A DNA stretch of 64,000 bases from Alphaproteobacteria bacterium (GCA_963422645.2 CAXXVO010000007.1:384001-448000); one strand, 5' to 3'; numbered from the stretch's first letter, positions 22,947 through 33,696 are shown. Numbers and translations are program-made. Notes: generated from the letters alone by a model not told the origin.

Positions 22947-24341
22947 ATGCGCACCGACGAGACGATGGAGTGGGCGATGCGTAGACACATTCGATGCGGA
23001 CAGCTCTTCACCGGCACAGGCGACGGCGCCGAGCGCGACCAGACGGTGGTGACGGAGGGCGAGCGGATCGCCTACGTCGGGCCGAGCGCGGGCGCGCCCG
23101 TGGCGGCGCCGGAAGACGAGGTGGTGGACCACTCCGGCCATTTCGTGCTGCCGGGCCTGATCGACGTCCACGTCCACCTCTCCTACGGCAATGCCAAGAC
23201 CGAGGAGGACATCGACCTCTACGCGCCGGTCGAGTTCCGCGCGCTGCGCGGGATGGAGGCGGCCCAGCGGGTGCTCGCGGCCGGCTTTACCTCGATGGCC
23301 GATCCCACCACCAGCGGCCGGGTGACGCCGTCGATCCGCGACGCCATCGACGCAGGCCTCTTCGTCGGCCCCCGCATCAGCTGCTCAGGGCGCCAGATCA
23401 CCAACCGCCAGGGGCTCTCCGACTGGTACCCCACCTGGATCGGCGTGCCCGAGACCTCCATCGGCGTGCTCGCCCGCGATGCCAACGAGGGCATCGCGGA
23501 GATCCGCACCATGGCCAAGGATGGCGTGGACTTCATCAAGATCGCCATGGACGGCGATTCGATGAACCCCATGACCAGCGTCCTCGTCGCCGGCTACAAC
23601 CAGGAAGAGACCACGGCGATGGTTACCGAGGCCCACCGGCTCGGCAAGAAGGTGGTGGTGCACGCGCGCGGTGCCGAGGCCGTGCTCTACTCCGCCCGTG
23701 CCGGAGTCGACGTGATCCTGCATGCCGCCTGGATGGACGACGAAGGCCTGGAGGCGGTGGTGGAGAAGGGCTGCATGATCTGCCCGACCTTCAGCCTGGT
23801 GGTGAACGACATCGACTTCACCCGGCCGGGCGACGGCTGCTATCCGGGCTTCCCCGACGCGCACAAGCGCGAGATCGAGGCTGCCCAGCGCTCGCTGGTG
23901 AAGGCGCGCGATGCGGGCGTCACCTTCCTCTCCGGCACCGATTCGGGCTTTGCGGTGACGCCCTACGGCGAGTGGCACGCCCGCGAGCTTGAGCACATGG
24001 TGACCTACCTCGGCATCTCGCCGGCCGAGGCGCTGCGCTGCGCCACGGTCAACAACGGCACCTTCGTGCGTGAGGAGGGCCAGGTGGGCGCGCTGGAGCA
24101 GGGCCGGCTGGCGGACATCCTGGTCTTCGACGGCGACCCGCTCGCCGACATCACCCAGCTGCAGGACCGCAGCCGCATCCGCGAGATCATCCTCGGCGGC
24201 GAGACGGTGAATCCGGCCATCAATCCGAAGGCGCAGCGCCTCCGCTCCGAGTTCTCCTACGAGATGTGGCACCAGGTCTACACGCAGGAGCGGATCGCCG
24301 AGATCGGCATGAACCGCCCGGTCGCCGAGGCCGCCGAGTAG
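22947..24341 (+). CDS. Amidohydrolase-family metal-dependent hydrolase
   Basis: PGLIDVHVH, VDFIK, VVVHARG, GTDSG, G.LADI; start may be ~22977. Confidence 0.88.
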   Translation: MRTDETMEWAMRRHIRCGQLFTGTGDGAERDQTVVTEGERIAYVGPSAGAPVAAPEDEVVDHSGHFVLPGLIDVHVHLSYGNAKTEEDIDLYAPVEFRALRGMEAAQRVLAAGFTSMADPTTSGRVTPSIRDAIDAGLFVGPRISCSGRQITNRQGLSDWYPTWIGVPETSIGVLARDANEGIAEIRTMAKDGVDFIKIAMDGDSMNPMTSVLVAGYNQEETTAMVTEAHRLGKKVVVHARGAEAVLYSARAGVDVILHAAWMDDEGLEAVVEKGCMICPTFSLVVNDIDFTRPGDGCYPGFPDAHKREIEAAQRSLVKARDAGVTFLSGTDSGFAVTPYGEWHARELEHMVTYLGISPAEALRCATVNNGTFVREEGQVGALEQGRLADILVFDGDPLADITQLQDRSRIREIILGGETVNPAINPKAQRLRSEFSYEMWHQVYTQERIAEIGMNRPVAEAAE

Positions 24342-24446
24342 CGGCCGCAGGCCGCTGCCGGGGAGCAATCGGGCGGCGCGTCGGCGCGTACCGGCGGGCC
24401 GCCCTCCGTGTTGAGCCGGACCATCTGAAAGGGGGAGCACACCGCC

Positions 24447-25619
24447 ATGCCCGTCATCAACCGCATCGCCGCCATCCACGACGACATGACGGCGTGGCGG
24501 CGCGACATCCACGCCCACCCTGAACTGGGATTCCAGGAGGAGCGCACGTCCGCCATCGTGGCCGAGAAGCTGGAATCCTTCGGCATCCAGGTGCACCGCG
24601 GGCTCGCGAAAACCGGCGTTGTCGGCATCCTCGAAGGCGCGCCGGGGGAGGGCGCCATCGCGCTCCGCGCCGACATGGACGCCCTGCCGATCCTTGAAGG
24701 GAACGACGTCAGCCATCGCTCCACCAACGACGGCACCATGCACGCCTGCGGCCACGACGGGCACACGACCATGCTGCTGGGCGCGGCCCGGTACCTCGCC
24801 GAGACCCGCAACTTCGCCGGCTCGGTCTACTTCGTGTTCCAGCCCGCCGAGGAAGGGCTCGGCGGCGGCGAGGCGATGGTGAAGGAAGGGCTGTTCGAGC
24901 GCTTCCCGGCCACCGCGGTCTACGGCATGCACAACTGGCCGGGCCTGCCGCCGGGCGAGATCGCCGTCCGCACCGGGCCGATGATGGCGGCCTGCGACGA
25001 GTTCACCATCACGGTCGAGGGCACCGGCGCACACGGCGCCATGCCCCACCTCGGCCACGATGCCGTGGTGGCGGCGGCGCAGATCGTCACCGGCCTGCAG
25101 TCCATCGTCGCCCGCAACGTCGACCCGCTGGAGGCGGGCGTCGTCAGCGTGACCATGATCCACGGCGGCGACGCCTTCAACGTCATCCCGCAAGCCGTCG
25201 AGCTCGCCGGCACCGTCCGCACCTTCAAGCCGGAGGTGAGGAACCTGATCGCCGCCAACATCGAGCGGATTGCGGAGAGCGCGGCTGTAGCCTTCGGCAC
25301 ACGCGCCACGGCGAACGTGGAGGCGCGCTTCCCCGCCACGGTCAACACGGCGGACGAGACCGACCGCGCCGAAGCCGCCGCCGCCGCCGTGGTGGGCAAG
25401 GAGCGCGTGCACTGCGACCTCGCCCCCTGCATGGGCTCCGAGGATTTCGCCTACATGCTGGAGGCCCGGCCCGGCAGCTACGTCTGGATCGGCAACGGCC
25501 TCGGCCCCGGCGGCTGCTTCCTCCACAACCCCGGCTACGACTTCAACGACGAGATCCTGCCCATCGGCGCGAGCTACTGGGCGACGCTGGTCGAGCGCGA
25601 ACTTGCAGCAGGCCGATAG
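24447..25619 (+). CDS. M20 aminoacylase/amidohydrolase (hippurate hydrolase-like)
   Basis: HAHPELGFQE, LRADMDALP, MHACGHDGH, FQPAEEG, GSEDF, LHNPGYDFND. Confidence 0.92.
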   Translation: MPVINRIAAIHDDMTAWRRDIHAHPELGFQEERTSAIVAEKLESFGIQVHRGLAKTGVVGILEGAPGEGAIALRADMDALPILEGNDVSHRSTNDGTMHACGHDGHTTMLLGAARYLAETRNFAGSVYFVFQPAEEGLGGGEAMVKEGLFERFPATAVYGMHNWPGLPPGEIAVRTGPMMAACDEFTITVEGTGAHGAMPHLGHDAVVAAAQIVTGLQSIVARNVDPLEAGVVSVTMIHGGDAFNVIPQAVELAGTVRTFKPEVRNLIAANIERIAESAAVAFGTRATANVEARFPATVNTADETDRAEAAAAAVVGKERVHCDLAPCMGSEDFAYMLEARPGSYVWIGNGLGPGGCFLHNPGYDFNDEILPIGASYWATLVERELAAGR

Positions 25620-25638
25620 GGTGAACGACGCCACCGAC

Positions 25639-26517
25639 ATGCGCCCGCCGGCGTGGGATGGCGAGGTGGCCCGGCGCCGGCTCAAAGCGGATGGCTTCTG
25701 CCACGTGCCGGGCGTGCTGGACCCCGCCGCGCTGCGGGCGACCAGGGAAGCGGCGGAGGCCGCGCTTGGCACCATCGATACCGGCCACCGCGCGCAGTGG
25801 CGCTCGCAGGGGAGCCTCGTTCCGGTCGCGGACCACTCGTTCTTCGCGCCGCTCATCGCCCATCCCGGCTTTCAGGAGATGTTCGGCCGCCTCGGCTTGC
25901 CGGGCACGCGCTTCTCCTCGGGCTACGTCATCAGCAAGCCGCCGGGCGGGCCTGCGCTCTTCTGGCATCAGGACTGGTGGGGCTGGCAGCACCCGATCTC
26001 GCGCGAGGGGCGCATCGCCCAGGTCGCGCTCTTTCTCTACATGACCGACACCGCGCGCCAGAACGGCTGCCTGCGCCTCATCCCCGGCTCCCACCGCAGG
26101 CCGCATGCGCTGCACGATCTGGTCGACGCCCACGACCCGACGCTCGCCGAGGTGCGCAACCCCGAGGACCCCGCCTTCGCCTCGCACCCGGACGAGGTCG
26201 ACGTGCCGGTGACGGCGGGCGATGTCGTCGTGGTCGACGCGCGGCTGATTCACGGCGCCCACCCCAACCGCTCGGGCCGCGAGCGCACCAACATCACGCT
26301 CTGGTGGCATCCGGGCTACGAGGCGCTGCCGGCCTCGCTCAGAGCCCGCATCTGGAAGCTCTACCGGCGCGAGGAGATCGACACGGACGCTGCCGCCAAC
26401 CGCGCGCTGCGCCCCGACATCTGGCCCGAGCCCGCGCGCAGCCAAGTCACGCCCTTCCTCGTCACCGACCCCGGCCCCGTCGAGCCCGAGCCCTGGGTCC
26501 GCACGCCCCGGTACTAG
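25639..26517 (+). CDS. Phytanoyl-CoA dioxygenase (PhyH)-family Fe(II)/2OG dioxygenase
   Basis: KPPGG..LFWHQD, NGCLRLIPGSH, LIHGAHPN.S...R; start uncertain (25621-25639). Confidence 0.85.
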   Translation: MRPPAWDGEVARRRLKADGFCHVPGVLDPAALRATREAAEAALGTIDTGHRAQWRSQGSLVPVADHSFFAPLIAHPGFQEMFGRLGLPGTRFSSGYVISKPPGGPALFWHQDWWGWQHPISREGRIAQVALFLYMTDTARQNGCLRLIPGSHRRPHALHDLVDAHDPTLAEVRNPEDPAFASHPDEVDVPVTAGDVVVVDARLIHGAHPNRSGRERTNITLWWHPGYEALPASLRARIWKLYRREEIDTDAAANRALRPDIWPEPARSQVTPFLVTDPGPVEPEPWVRTPRY

Positions 26518-26518
26518 A

Positions 26519-26541
26519 TGTTTCCGTTTCACACGGAAACA
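26519..26541. repeat. Perfect 9-bp inverted repeat at left edge of the mobile island
   Basis: TGTTTCCGT-TTCAC-ACGGAAACA starting 2 bp after the PhyH stop. Confidence 0.6.
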
Positions 26542-26659
26542 CGCACCTTCGGTGCTAAGTAGCTGATTCGATTGCGATGGTCTTCCGTTTCTATTGCCAC
26601 CGGGCGCGGAATTCAAGCCGATTCCGCACCCCGCTGCAACAGATCGGAGACCCGCAATC

Positions 26660-27026
26660 ATGCCGCCCATCCGACTCACCCAGCGCCGAGTCGACGCCCT
26701 TCGGCCCCGCCGCAAGGTGCGCGATATCCGGGACGCCGAGCTCAAGGGGTACGGCGTCCGGGTCTTGCCCTCCGGCGCCAGGCGCTACTTCATCCACAGC
26801 CAGCACAGGGGCAAACGGGTCTGGAAGATCATAGGCGACGCGGCGGCGATGGCCGAGCCCGAGGCGCGGGCCAGGGCCAGATCCATGCTCGCCGCGTTGC
26901 GCAACGGTCGGGAGCCCGCGGCGGCGGACCCCGGCGGCACCCTCTTCGAGACGGTCGCCGAGGAGGTCTTCGACCGCTACGGGCGCCGCTGGAAGCCGCG
27001 CACCATGGACGTGAACCGGGCCTACC
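26660..27026 (+). pseudogene. Tyrosine integrase N-terminal (arm-binding, DUF4102-like) fragment, cut by IS21
   Basis: LTQRRVDAL, IRDAELKGYGVRVLPSG, A.ARARA; sequence switches to the IS21 end at 27027. Confidence 0.82.
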
Positions 27027-27228
27027 TGTCAATCGGCTTTCAATACTGACCCCCGATCGGCGTGCAAAATTGACCCCCCTGAGTGGCACGGCGGAGGTTG
27101 TCCCGGTAGCCAATAGGGGGGACCCGCGCGGCTTCGTGTGGCGCCCTGCGCTACGCGGAGCGAAGCCGCGTGGGGGGTCCCTGTTGGCCCACCGGGGCAA
27201 CCGGGCCGCAAGGGAGGCCGGCGGCGGG

Positions 27229-27957
27229 TCAGGAGCGGTTCTTGAAGCGCCAGCTCTCGTTGCCGGTCTCGATGATCTCGCAATGATGGGTGAGGCGATC
27301 GAGCAGCGCTGTGGTCATCTTGGGGTCGCCGAAGACGGATGGCCATTCGCCGAAGGCGAGGTTTGTGGTGATGACGATCGAGGTGCGCTCGTAGAGCCGG
27401 CTCATCAGATGGAAGAGCAGCTGCCCACCGGCCTGGGCGAAGGGCAGGTAGCCGAGCTCGTCGAGGATGACGAAGTCGCGGCGGACGAGCTGGTCTGCAG
27501 TGCGGCCCTGGCGTCCGGCGCGAAGCTCGGCCTCGAGGAGGTTGACCAGGTCGACGACGTTGTAGCACCGGCCGCGCGCGCCCTTGCGGATGCAGGACCG
27601 CGCGATGGCGACGGCGAGATGGGTCTTGCCGGTACCGGTGCCGCCGACCAGCACGATGTTGCGTTTGCCCTCGAGGAAGCCGCCGCCGGCGAGCTCCTGG
27701 ATCAGGGGCTCGTTGACCGGCGAGGCGGCGAAGTCGAAGTCGGCCAGCTCCTTGACCGTCGGCAGCTTGGCGGAGGCCATCTGGTACTTGATCGAGCGGG
27801 CCCTCTTGTCGGCGATCTCGACCTGCAGCAGCGTACCGATGATCTGTTGCACCGGATGGCGGCGCTTGAGCCCGTCGGCAAGGATGTCGTCGTAAGCGGC
27901 GCGCATACCTGCGAGCTTCAGCTGGGTCATCATCTCCAGCACATCATGACGCTCCAT
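27229..27957 (-). CDS. istB: IS21 helper ATPase IstB
   Basis: [32 protein letters not shown]. Confidence 0.95.
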   Translation of the reverse strand: MERHDVLEMMTQLKLAGMRAAYDDILADGLKRRHPVQQIIGTLLQVEIADKRARSIKYQMASAKLPTVKELADFDFAASPVNEPLIQELAGGGFLEGKRNIVLVGGTGTGKTHLAVAIARSCIRKGARGRCYNVVDLVNLLEAELRAGRQGRTADQLVRRDFVILDELGYLPFAQAGGQLLFHLMSRLYERTSIVITTNLAFGEWPSVFGDPKMTTALLDRLTHHCEIIETGNESWRFKNRS

Positions 27958-29470
27958 GACCGGCCTCCCTCAGGCTGTCGTAGCGCTGACAGTCGGCTAC
28001 CGGCTTGTGGCGAAGCTGCAGGCCCTCGGGCGTCGGGATGATTGCCGGCGGTGCCGGCTGGCGCTGCCGGGCGAGGATGTTGAGCACCACGTCGGCGCTG
28101 CAGGCACCGCAGTCGAGCGTCTCGGCACAGGCCGCCTCAACCGCCTCCAGTCCGTCCTCCAGCACCGCCGCGAGCACCTTGACGAACTGCCGGTCGCCGT
28201 CGTCGTGGCCCGCGAGCCGGGTTCGCAGGCGGCCGAGCGCGTTGGGCAACTGCCAGTCCTTGAAGGGCGCGCCATTGCGTAGCGCGCCGGGCTTCCGCGT
28301 CAGGATCGGCACGTAATGCCACGGATCGTAGACGAACCGGCCGCGCCCGAAGCTGCGGGGGTGCTCGGCAACGGTCTCGCCGTCCTGGCGGATGACGATC
28401 CGATCGGCATAGGCCCGCACGTCCACCGGCCGGCCGACGGCGCGGGCCGCGACGCTGTACTGGTTGTTGTCGAAGCGCACCAGACAGGTCTTCGAGACCG
28501 ACACCTCGCTGGCATGGAAGCCGTCGAAGGGGCCGCGATACGCCATCAGGAAGGGCTGCTCCTCCTCGAACACCTGCCACACCGTCTTGCCCGGGATTGT
28601 CGGATGCGGATGCTTCTTGGCGTCCTCGATGCACCGATCCATCAGCCACTCGTTGATCTCGGCGTAGGAGCGGCCCCGCGGGATGGGCACGAACAGGCGG
28701 CCGCGAAGGTCACCCACCTGCTTCTCGACCTGCCCCTTCTCCCAGCCAGCCCCTGGCGTGCACGCCACAGGCTCCACCAGATGGTGCGAGCACAGCTCCT
28801 GGAAGCGGCGGTTGTAGTCCCGCTTCTTGCCCACGAAGATCGTGCTCACCGCCGTCTTCATGTTGTCGTAGATGCCCCGCCGGCAGACCCCGCCGAAGAA
28901 GCGGAAGGCACGCTCGTGCGCCTCGAAGACCATCTCCTGGCTCTCGCGGGGAAAGATCTGGACCAGATACATCCGGCTGTGGCACAGCCGCATGTGCGCC
29001 GCCTTCACCCTGGTCGTCGCGCCCGACAGACGCGCGTACTCGTGGCTCCAGTCGAACTGGTAGGCCTCGCCGGGATCGAAGATCAGCGGCACATAGGCCT
29101 GCGCCGGCGACAACAGCCGCCACCGGCGCCGCCAGGCCCTGGCATAGCGGCGAACCGCGTCATAGCCGCCCTTGTAGCCCAGCGACACAAGGTCTTCATG
29201 AATCCGCAGAAGAGACAGCCGATCCTTGCGTGCCTTCTTCTCGTTGGCCTTCAGCTGGCGCTCAAGCTCCTCCACCCACAGCCCAAGCTTCGGCATCGGC
29301 TGGATCTTGCGCTCGTAGCTGTGCGAGGTCGCATCGCCCCGCACCACCTTGCGTATCGTGTTCTTGGAAACCCTCAAATCCCGGGCGAGCTTCTTGATCG
29401 GAACGCCCTTCACCAGATGATCCCGACGGATCTTCGCGATCGTTTCCACAACCAGCATCTCCCCCACCAC
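27944..29470 (-). CDS. istA: IS21 transposase IstA
   Basis: [33 protein letters not shown]. Confidence 0.95.
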   Translation of the reverse strand: MVGEMLVVETIAKIRRDHLVKGVPIKKLARDLRVSKNTIRKVVRGDATSHSYERKIQPMPKLGLWVEELERQLKANEKKARKDRLSLLRIHEDLVSLGYKGGYDAVRRYARAWRRRWRLLSPAQAYVPLIFDPGEAYQFDWSHEYARLSGATTRVKAAHMRLCHSRMYLVQIFPRESQEMVFEAHERAFRFFGGVCRRGIYDNMKTAVSTIFVGKKRDYNRRFQELCSHHLVEPVACTPGAGWEKGQVEKQVGDLRGRLFVPIPRGRSYAEINEWLMDRCIEDAKKHPHPTIPGKTVWQVFEEEQPFLMAYRGPFDGFHASEVSVSKTCLVRFDNNQYSVAARAVGRPVDVRAYADRIVIRQDGETVAEHPRSFGRGRFVYDPWHYVPILTRKPGALRNGAPFKDWQLPNALGRLRTRLAGHDDGDRQFVKVLAAVLEDGLEAVEAACAETLDCGACSADVVLNILARQRQPAPPAIIPTPEGLQLRHKPVADCQRYDSLREAGHGAS

Positions 29471-29577
29471 CCCGTCCGTCCAAACGACGAGGTGTGTTCA
29501 TGGACACAAATCCAAGGGGGTCAATTTTGGACGCCGATCACCCCCAATAGGGGGTCACTTTTCCACGCTTAACAACA

Positions 29578-29681
29578 CGCCAGGCCTTCGAGCGCGAGCG
29601 CGGCGCCCTGATCGCGCTGCCCGGCGATCCCTTCCCGGCCCACGACCGGGTCGAGGTCGTCATCGGCAAGACCCCCTACGC
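29578..29681 (+). pseudogene. Short remnant of a different IS21-type transposase
   Basis: Translates RQAFERERGALIALPGDPFPAHDRVEVVIGKTPY, resembling the IstA segment preceding the 'RFD.N.YSVP' motif. Confidence 0.55.
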
Positions 29682-29780
29682 TGAGCGTGCGCCCAGCATT
29701 TGATGGTGCGGTTTTCGGATTATTTGATGTTCGTGATGCGGCGCTTGGTTGATCTGCGAGAGCGGTGAGTGGCCTGGCTT

Positions 29781-30650
29781 TCATCGAGACCGCAGGAGCA
29801 TCTCGTTCCAGTCCTTGGCGTGTCGTGGGCGCAACCTTTTCACCCTTGGATCGTTGAGCACGAGATGCTCGGCGGCAGTGTCGCCGGCGCTGTCTGCGTC
29901 GTAGGCACAGACGATGCGACGTGGCTTCCACTCCTTGATCCAGGGCGGGACCGAGCTGGCGATGCCGGCGGTTGAGGCGACGACGGCGCCGTTCTCGCGC
30001 GTCCCCTCGACGCGCAGGCTTCGTGCAGAGATGGCGTCGACGGCGCTCTCGGTGAGGATGACGAGGGCGGGCTGGTTTCGGTCGCAGTGGAGCCAGAAGC
30101 CGCCACGCGCCTTGCGCGATCCCGGGGCCATGCCCCTGAAGCGTTTTGTTCCGGGCTGCGGCGCGGTGCCGAGGATCTCGGCGCCGGTCGTGTGCCCGCT
30201 GGCGTTTCGGCAGATGAAGACGGCGTTGATCCTGTCATCGGCGTAGAGGAGGCCTCGGCCGTGGCAGGCTTCGAGCACGTCGGTGCCGATAGCGCGTTGG
30301 CGGATGAGGGCGTCCCGGACCCTGGGCCAGGCGCGGGGACTGGGCCTTGGCAGCCGCAGGCGTCGCGGGGCGGCTGGGATGGTGGTGATCTCCCTCCGCC
30401 CCTCATGGCTTCCGAGGAAGCGGAGGGCTTCCGGGAAGCGGCATCCCGTCGCATGGATGACGAGGTCGATGGCGCCACCCCCTCCCGTGCCGCGCAGGTG
30501 ATCGAAGAACTTCTCGCCGTTGATGCTGATGACCGAGCCCCCGCGCTTGAAGCGCGCCCGGTCGGTCGGGTCTCTGCGGTAGCCGAGGGCGGCGGCGACC
30601 CGGTCGAGGGGGATGTTGCGGCAGGTGGCCAGGGGATCGCCGCCGCTCAT
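29781..30650 (-). CDS. DUF3991/Toprim-domain primase-like protein
   Basis: FFDH..G.GGGAIDLV, ILTESAVDA.S, ASTAG, CAYDAD.AG, KDWNE.L. Confidence 0.8.
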   Translation of the reverse strand: MSGGDPLATCRNIPLDRVAAALGYRRDPTDRARFKRGGSVISINGEKFFDHLRGTGGGGAIDLVIHATGCRFPEALRFLGSHEGRREITTIPAAPRRLRLPRPSPRAWPRVRDALIRQRAIGTDVLEACHGRGLLYADDRINAVFICRNASGHTTGAEILGTAPQPGTKRFRGMAPGSRKARGGFWLHCDRNQPALVILTESAVDAISARSLRVEGTRENGAVVASTAGIASSVPPWIKEWKPRRIVCAYDADSAGDTAAEHLVLNDPRVKRLRPRHAKDWNEMLLRSR

Positions 30651-30752
30651 TGCCGGGTCCCGGCGAAGGTCTGCTTGGAAGGGAGGCTGACGGCGTTCCC
30701 GTTCCTGTACCCTTCAACGCTTAAGAGTTCCGGGAACGGGAACGGGAACGCC

Positions 30753-31751
30753 TCATCCCGCACTTCCGTTGATGGCGGCAGGGGATTGCGGCTCCCGGTG
30801 CGCCTCGGCGGCTGCGAGGCGATAGCCACCCCTGGGCGCCCGTTCGATGCGCCCCTCCCTGGTGAGGCTCTCGATGGCGGCAACGACGGTGGCGTTGCGG
30901 GCAGCGGCGCGTGAGCGGATCTGGGCTTTCGAGAGCGGCTTTTCGGCCTGCTCGATCGCCTTGAAGACGCGCTGCTCGACGGTGGCGGGCTCGTGCCTGT
31001 CTTCATCTGCCGCGTCCTGGTGCAGACGGAAGGCCGGCCCATGTCCGCCGTCGACGAGTTCCAGCTCGATGTCGTTGAGGCCCCGGGCGTCGCGCTGCTC
31101 GACCGTCATGACGATCTTCTTGTCGCGCCGGCGCAGGTACAGATTTGAGTCACCCCAAGCGTGCAGCTCGCTGCTCCCGCGCAGGGCCTGCCCCGGCCGG
31201 GTGCCGCCGCTCTTGCGGGCGTGGTGGACGAGGAGGACGGCGGTTTCGAAGCGGCGCTGCAGTTCGCGCAGGAAGCCGAGGATGGGGGCGATCTCTGCGA
31301 CGGCGTTCTCGTCGACGCTGTGCAGGCGGACCAGGGGATCGAGGATCAGGAGGCGCGGTTCGATGCGCTCCACGGTCTGCTGCAGGCGTTGACGGTCGCC
31401 GGGCCGGTCGAGACGCAGGGTGGGCACGTCGATGACGGCGATGTCGAGTTCGTCGAAGGGGGTGGCGGCGGCGCGGGCGATCCCCTGCAGACGCTTGCGC
31501 ACCCTGTGGCCGGCGTCCTCGGCGGCGAAGAGCAGCACGGTGCCGCTTGCGCTGGGGCGGTAGTGGCGCAGGCATGGGACGCCGGTGGCCACGGCGACGG
31601 CGAGATCGAGCGCGAGCAGGGATTTGCCGCACTTGGGCTCGCCGCCGACGATGCCCACGGCCTGCTCGGCCCACAGCGTGTCCACCATCCACTGTTGCGC
31701 CCGGGGGCGATCCTCGAGCTGCATCGGCGCCCGTGTCGGGAAGCCCTTCAC
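30753..31751 (-). CDS. AAA_25 / RecA-family ATPase (RepA helicase-like) with C-terminal HTH
   Basis: GGEPKCGKS, FAAED, LLILDPL...H..DEN, LLVHHARK, LRGSS; GTG 31751 overlaps the upstream stop. Confidence 0.8.
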   Translation of the reverse strand: MKGFPTRAPMQLEDRPRAQQWMVDTLWAEQAVGIVGGEPKCGKSLLALDLAVAVATGVPCLRHYRPSASGTVLLFAAEDAGHRVRKRLQGIARAAATPFDELDIAVIDVPTLRLDRPGDRQRLQQTVERIEPRLLILDPLVRLHSVDENAVAEIAPILGFLRELQRRFETAVLLVHHARKSGGTRPGQALRGSSELHAWGDSNLYLRRRDKKIVMTVEQRDARGLNDIELELVDGGHGPAFRLHQDAADEDRHEPATVEQRVFKAIEQAEKPLSKAQIRSRAAARNATVVAAIESLTREGRIERAPRGGYRLAAAEAHREPQSPAAINGSAG

Positions 31752-32581
31752 CGCCGTGCCCTCTTCGGCTTGGCGGGCTCGCCCAGGATCTCCATGAAGA
31801 GCTTCTCGTCGAGAACCTCGCGGTTCTTCTCGGCGCCGGCGGCGAGCAGCATGTCGCCCATGACGGTAAGCGCCCTGGGGTTGCCGCCGGCGTGGGTGAC
31901 CAGGGTGTCCTTGAGCTCTGCGCTCATGAGGCCCGGATTGCCGCCCTGCTCGACCAGATGGTCGAGCAGGGCCGCGAGGTCGCCGGCGTCTGCCTGGGTC
32001 ATGACCAGGCGCTGGCGCAGGCGCGAGGCGATGGGCTGCAAGTCGGGCTGGCGGAGCCTGTCGATCAGGCGGCTGTCGCCGGCGAAGACGACCGAGAGGA
32101 TGGCGCGCGAGTCGAAGTCGGTGGACGCCAGCAGGCGGATCTCGGAGATCACCGAGGGCAGCAGCTCCTGGGCCTCGTCGATGAGCACCACGGGCCGCAT
32201 GCGGGTGTCGTCGACATGGGTGAGCCATCGCTCGCGCAGGTTTTTGAAGCTGGCCCAGCGGTTGTTGTACATCAGGTCGACGCCGAACATCCCGCCGATC
32301 TCGCGGTAGAAGTCGGACAGCCTGGAAGAGGGGTGGGTGATGGCACAGACCCTGAGCCCGTCCGAGCGGCCGAGGCGGTCGGCGAGCACGCGCAACGCCA
32401 CGCTCTTTCCGGTGCCGGGCTCGCCGGCGATCAACGCGAAGCCGCCCTGGCGCACAAGATGATGCTCGATTCTGAGGCAGAAGCTGTCGACGGCGGGGCT
32501 CACCATGAGGCTGTCGACCGGAAGGTCGGTGGCGAAGGGGTTCCATTTGAGCCCGTAGAAGGTGAGCAGCTCGCGGTTCAT
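31748..32581 (-). CDS. ExeA-type AAA ATPase (transposition helper)
   Basis: YGLKWNPF, GEPGTGKS, VLIDEAQE, SRLRQR, GNPR. Confidence 0.85.
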   Translation of the reverse strand: MNRELLTFYGLKWNPFATDLPVDSLMVSPAVDSFCLRIEHHLVRQGGFALIAGEPGTGKSVALRVLADRLGRSDGLRVCAITHPSSRLSDFYREIGGMFGVDLMYNNRWASFKNLRERWLTHVDDTRMRPVVLIDEAQELLPSVISEIRLLASTDFDSRAILSVVFAGDSRLIDRLRQPDLQPIASRLRQRLVMTQADAGDLAALLDHLVEQGGNPGLMSAELKDTLVTHAGGNPRALTVMGDMLLAAGAEKNREVLDEKLFMEILGEPAKPKRARR

Positions 32582-33696
32582 GACGGATCTCCCTGATCGT
32601 CGTCCTCGCCCGGACCGGGCGTCTTGTTATGGGGTACCCAGGCCGGCGGCAGGCCTGTTGCGGCCTGGGCGTCGAGCACGCCCTTGAGCAGCGGCGGAAG
32701 TTCGCCGACGCCCGCGCTGGCGCCGCCATGGTCGCTGCCGGGTCTCGCAGGACGGCGGACGCCATCGGCGTTGCCGCGCTTGTCGAGGGGGTACAGCGTG
32801 CACAGCCGCTCGCCGCTTCGGCCTTCCACCAGATCGACGCCGCTGAGGTCCCAGCGCGCATAGCGGACCCAGAGCGTCCTCAGGTGGCGCCACGGCTGTG
32901 GCACCTGGTAGCGGATGCCCTCGACCGAGACGGTGCCGTCCGAGCGCCTGAGCGTGCGCTTCCTGGCGATGCGGAAGGCCGCCTTGAGCTCGTCCGAGGC
33001 GGGGCAGGGCCTCGATGCCTTGACGCTCCCGGCGAGGCGTTCATGCGGCGTCATGCCGAGCTCGCGGTGCACCCGCCGATGGTAGTCCTGCTCCAGCCAG
33101 GCTATGGTGGCGTCGTTGAGCATCTTCAGGGTGAGCGCGTCGACGCCTTCGAGCTGAGCCATCAGGCGGCCCTCGACCGTGCCCCAGAACGACTCGATTT
33201 TTCCATTTTGATGGGGGCTGTAAGCGAGTGTCGTGGCCCCCACGATGCCGATGAGGCGGTGCAAGCCCTCCTCGACCTCGCCCGCCGTCATCGGCCCGCC
33301 GTTGTCGGTCAGCAGGGACCTGGGCAAGTCCCTCTTCATGAAGGCCTGACAGAGCCCGTGGACGAAGACCTCGGCGGTCTCCTCCAGGTACCACTGCAGG
33401 TGGCAGCCAAGCCTGGAGTGGTCGTCGAGGAAGCCGAGCAGGATGGGCGTCTGCCATTCGCCCGACGCCGTCAGCACGCGGCGCTTGCCGTGGTGGAAGT
33501 CCCCGTGCCACAGCGCGTGACTGCGAGACACCTCGTAGCTAAGGACCTCGCGGGCTTCGACCGCCGGCTTGTCCTCACCCTCGTGCCACTTCCTGGGGCG
33601 CTCGCGCACCAGGCCGCGATTGCGCATCGCCCGCGTCAGCGTCGCGTAGGACGGCATCGGGCCGAGCTCGGGATGGGTCGCAACATGAGCCTTGAG
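32578..33696 (-). pseudogene. rve/Mu-type DDE transposase, N-terminus lost
   Basis: LWHGDFHH, LDDHSRL, LTDNG, QNGKIESFW, R.DGTVSVEG.RY; frame is interrupted upstream by the IS21 end at 33697. Confidence 0.82.

Larger units (their letters stand above)
27027..29577 (-). mobile_element. IS21-family element, copy 1 (2551 bp)
   Basis: Ends TGTCAATCGG..TGACCCCC and (rev) TGTTGTTAAG..TGACCCCC with internal repeated TGACCCCC motifs; carries istAB. Confidence 0.95.
29682..33696 (-). mobile_element. Four-gene transposon-like element (DDE transposase, ExeA-type ATPase, AAA_25 ATPase, Toprim protein), 5'-truncated
   Basis: Co-oriented genes, first three overlapping by 4 nt; left junction begins TG (29682) with two ATTTGATG repeats; right side cut by an IS21 end. 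Confidence 0.65.

Noticed and set aside
26517-26660. tRNA or tmRNA integration site beside the integrases (also 39322-39490)
   Set aside because: No cloverleaf, T-loop GTTCGA with CCA end, or duplicated 3' fragment found
30753-32861. 702-aa ORF as one protein
   Set aside because: Only the part from GTG 31751 has AAA_25 motifs; the upstream part overlaps the ExeA gene out of frame
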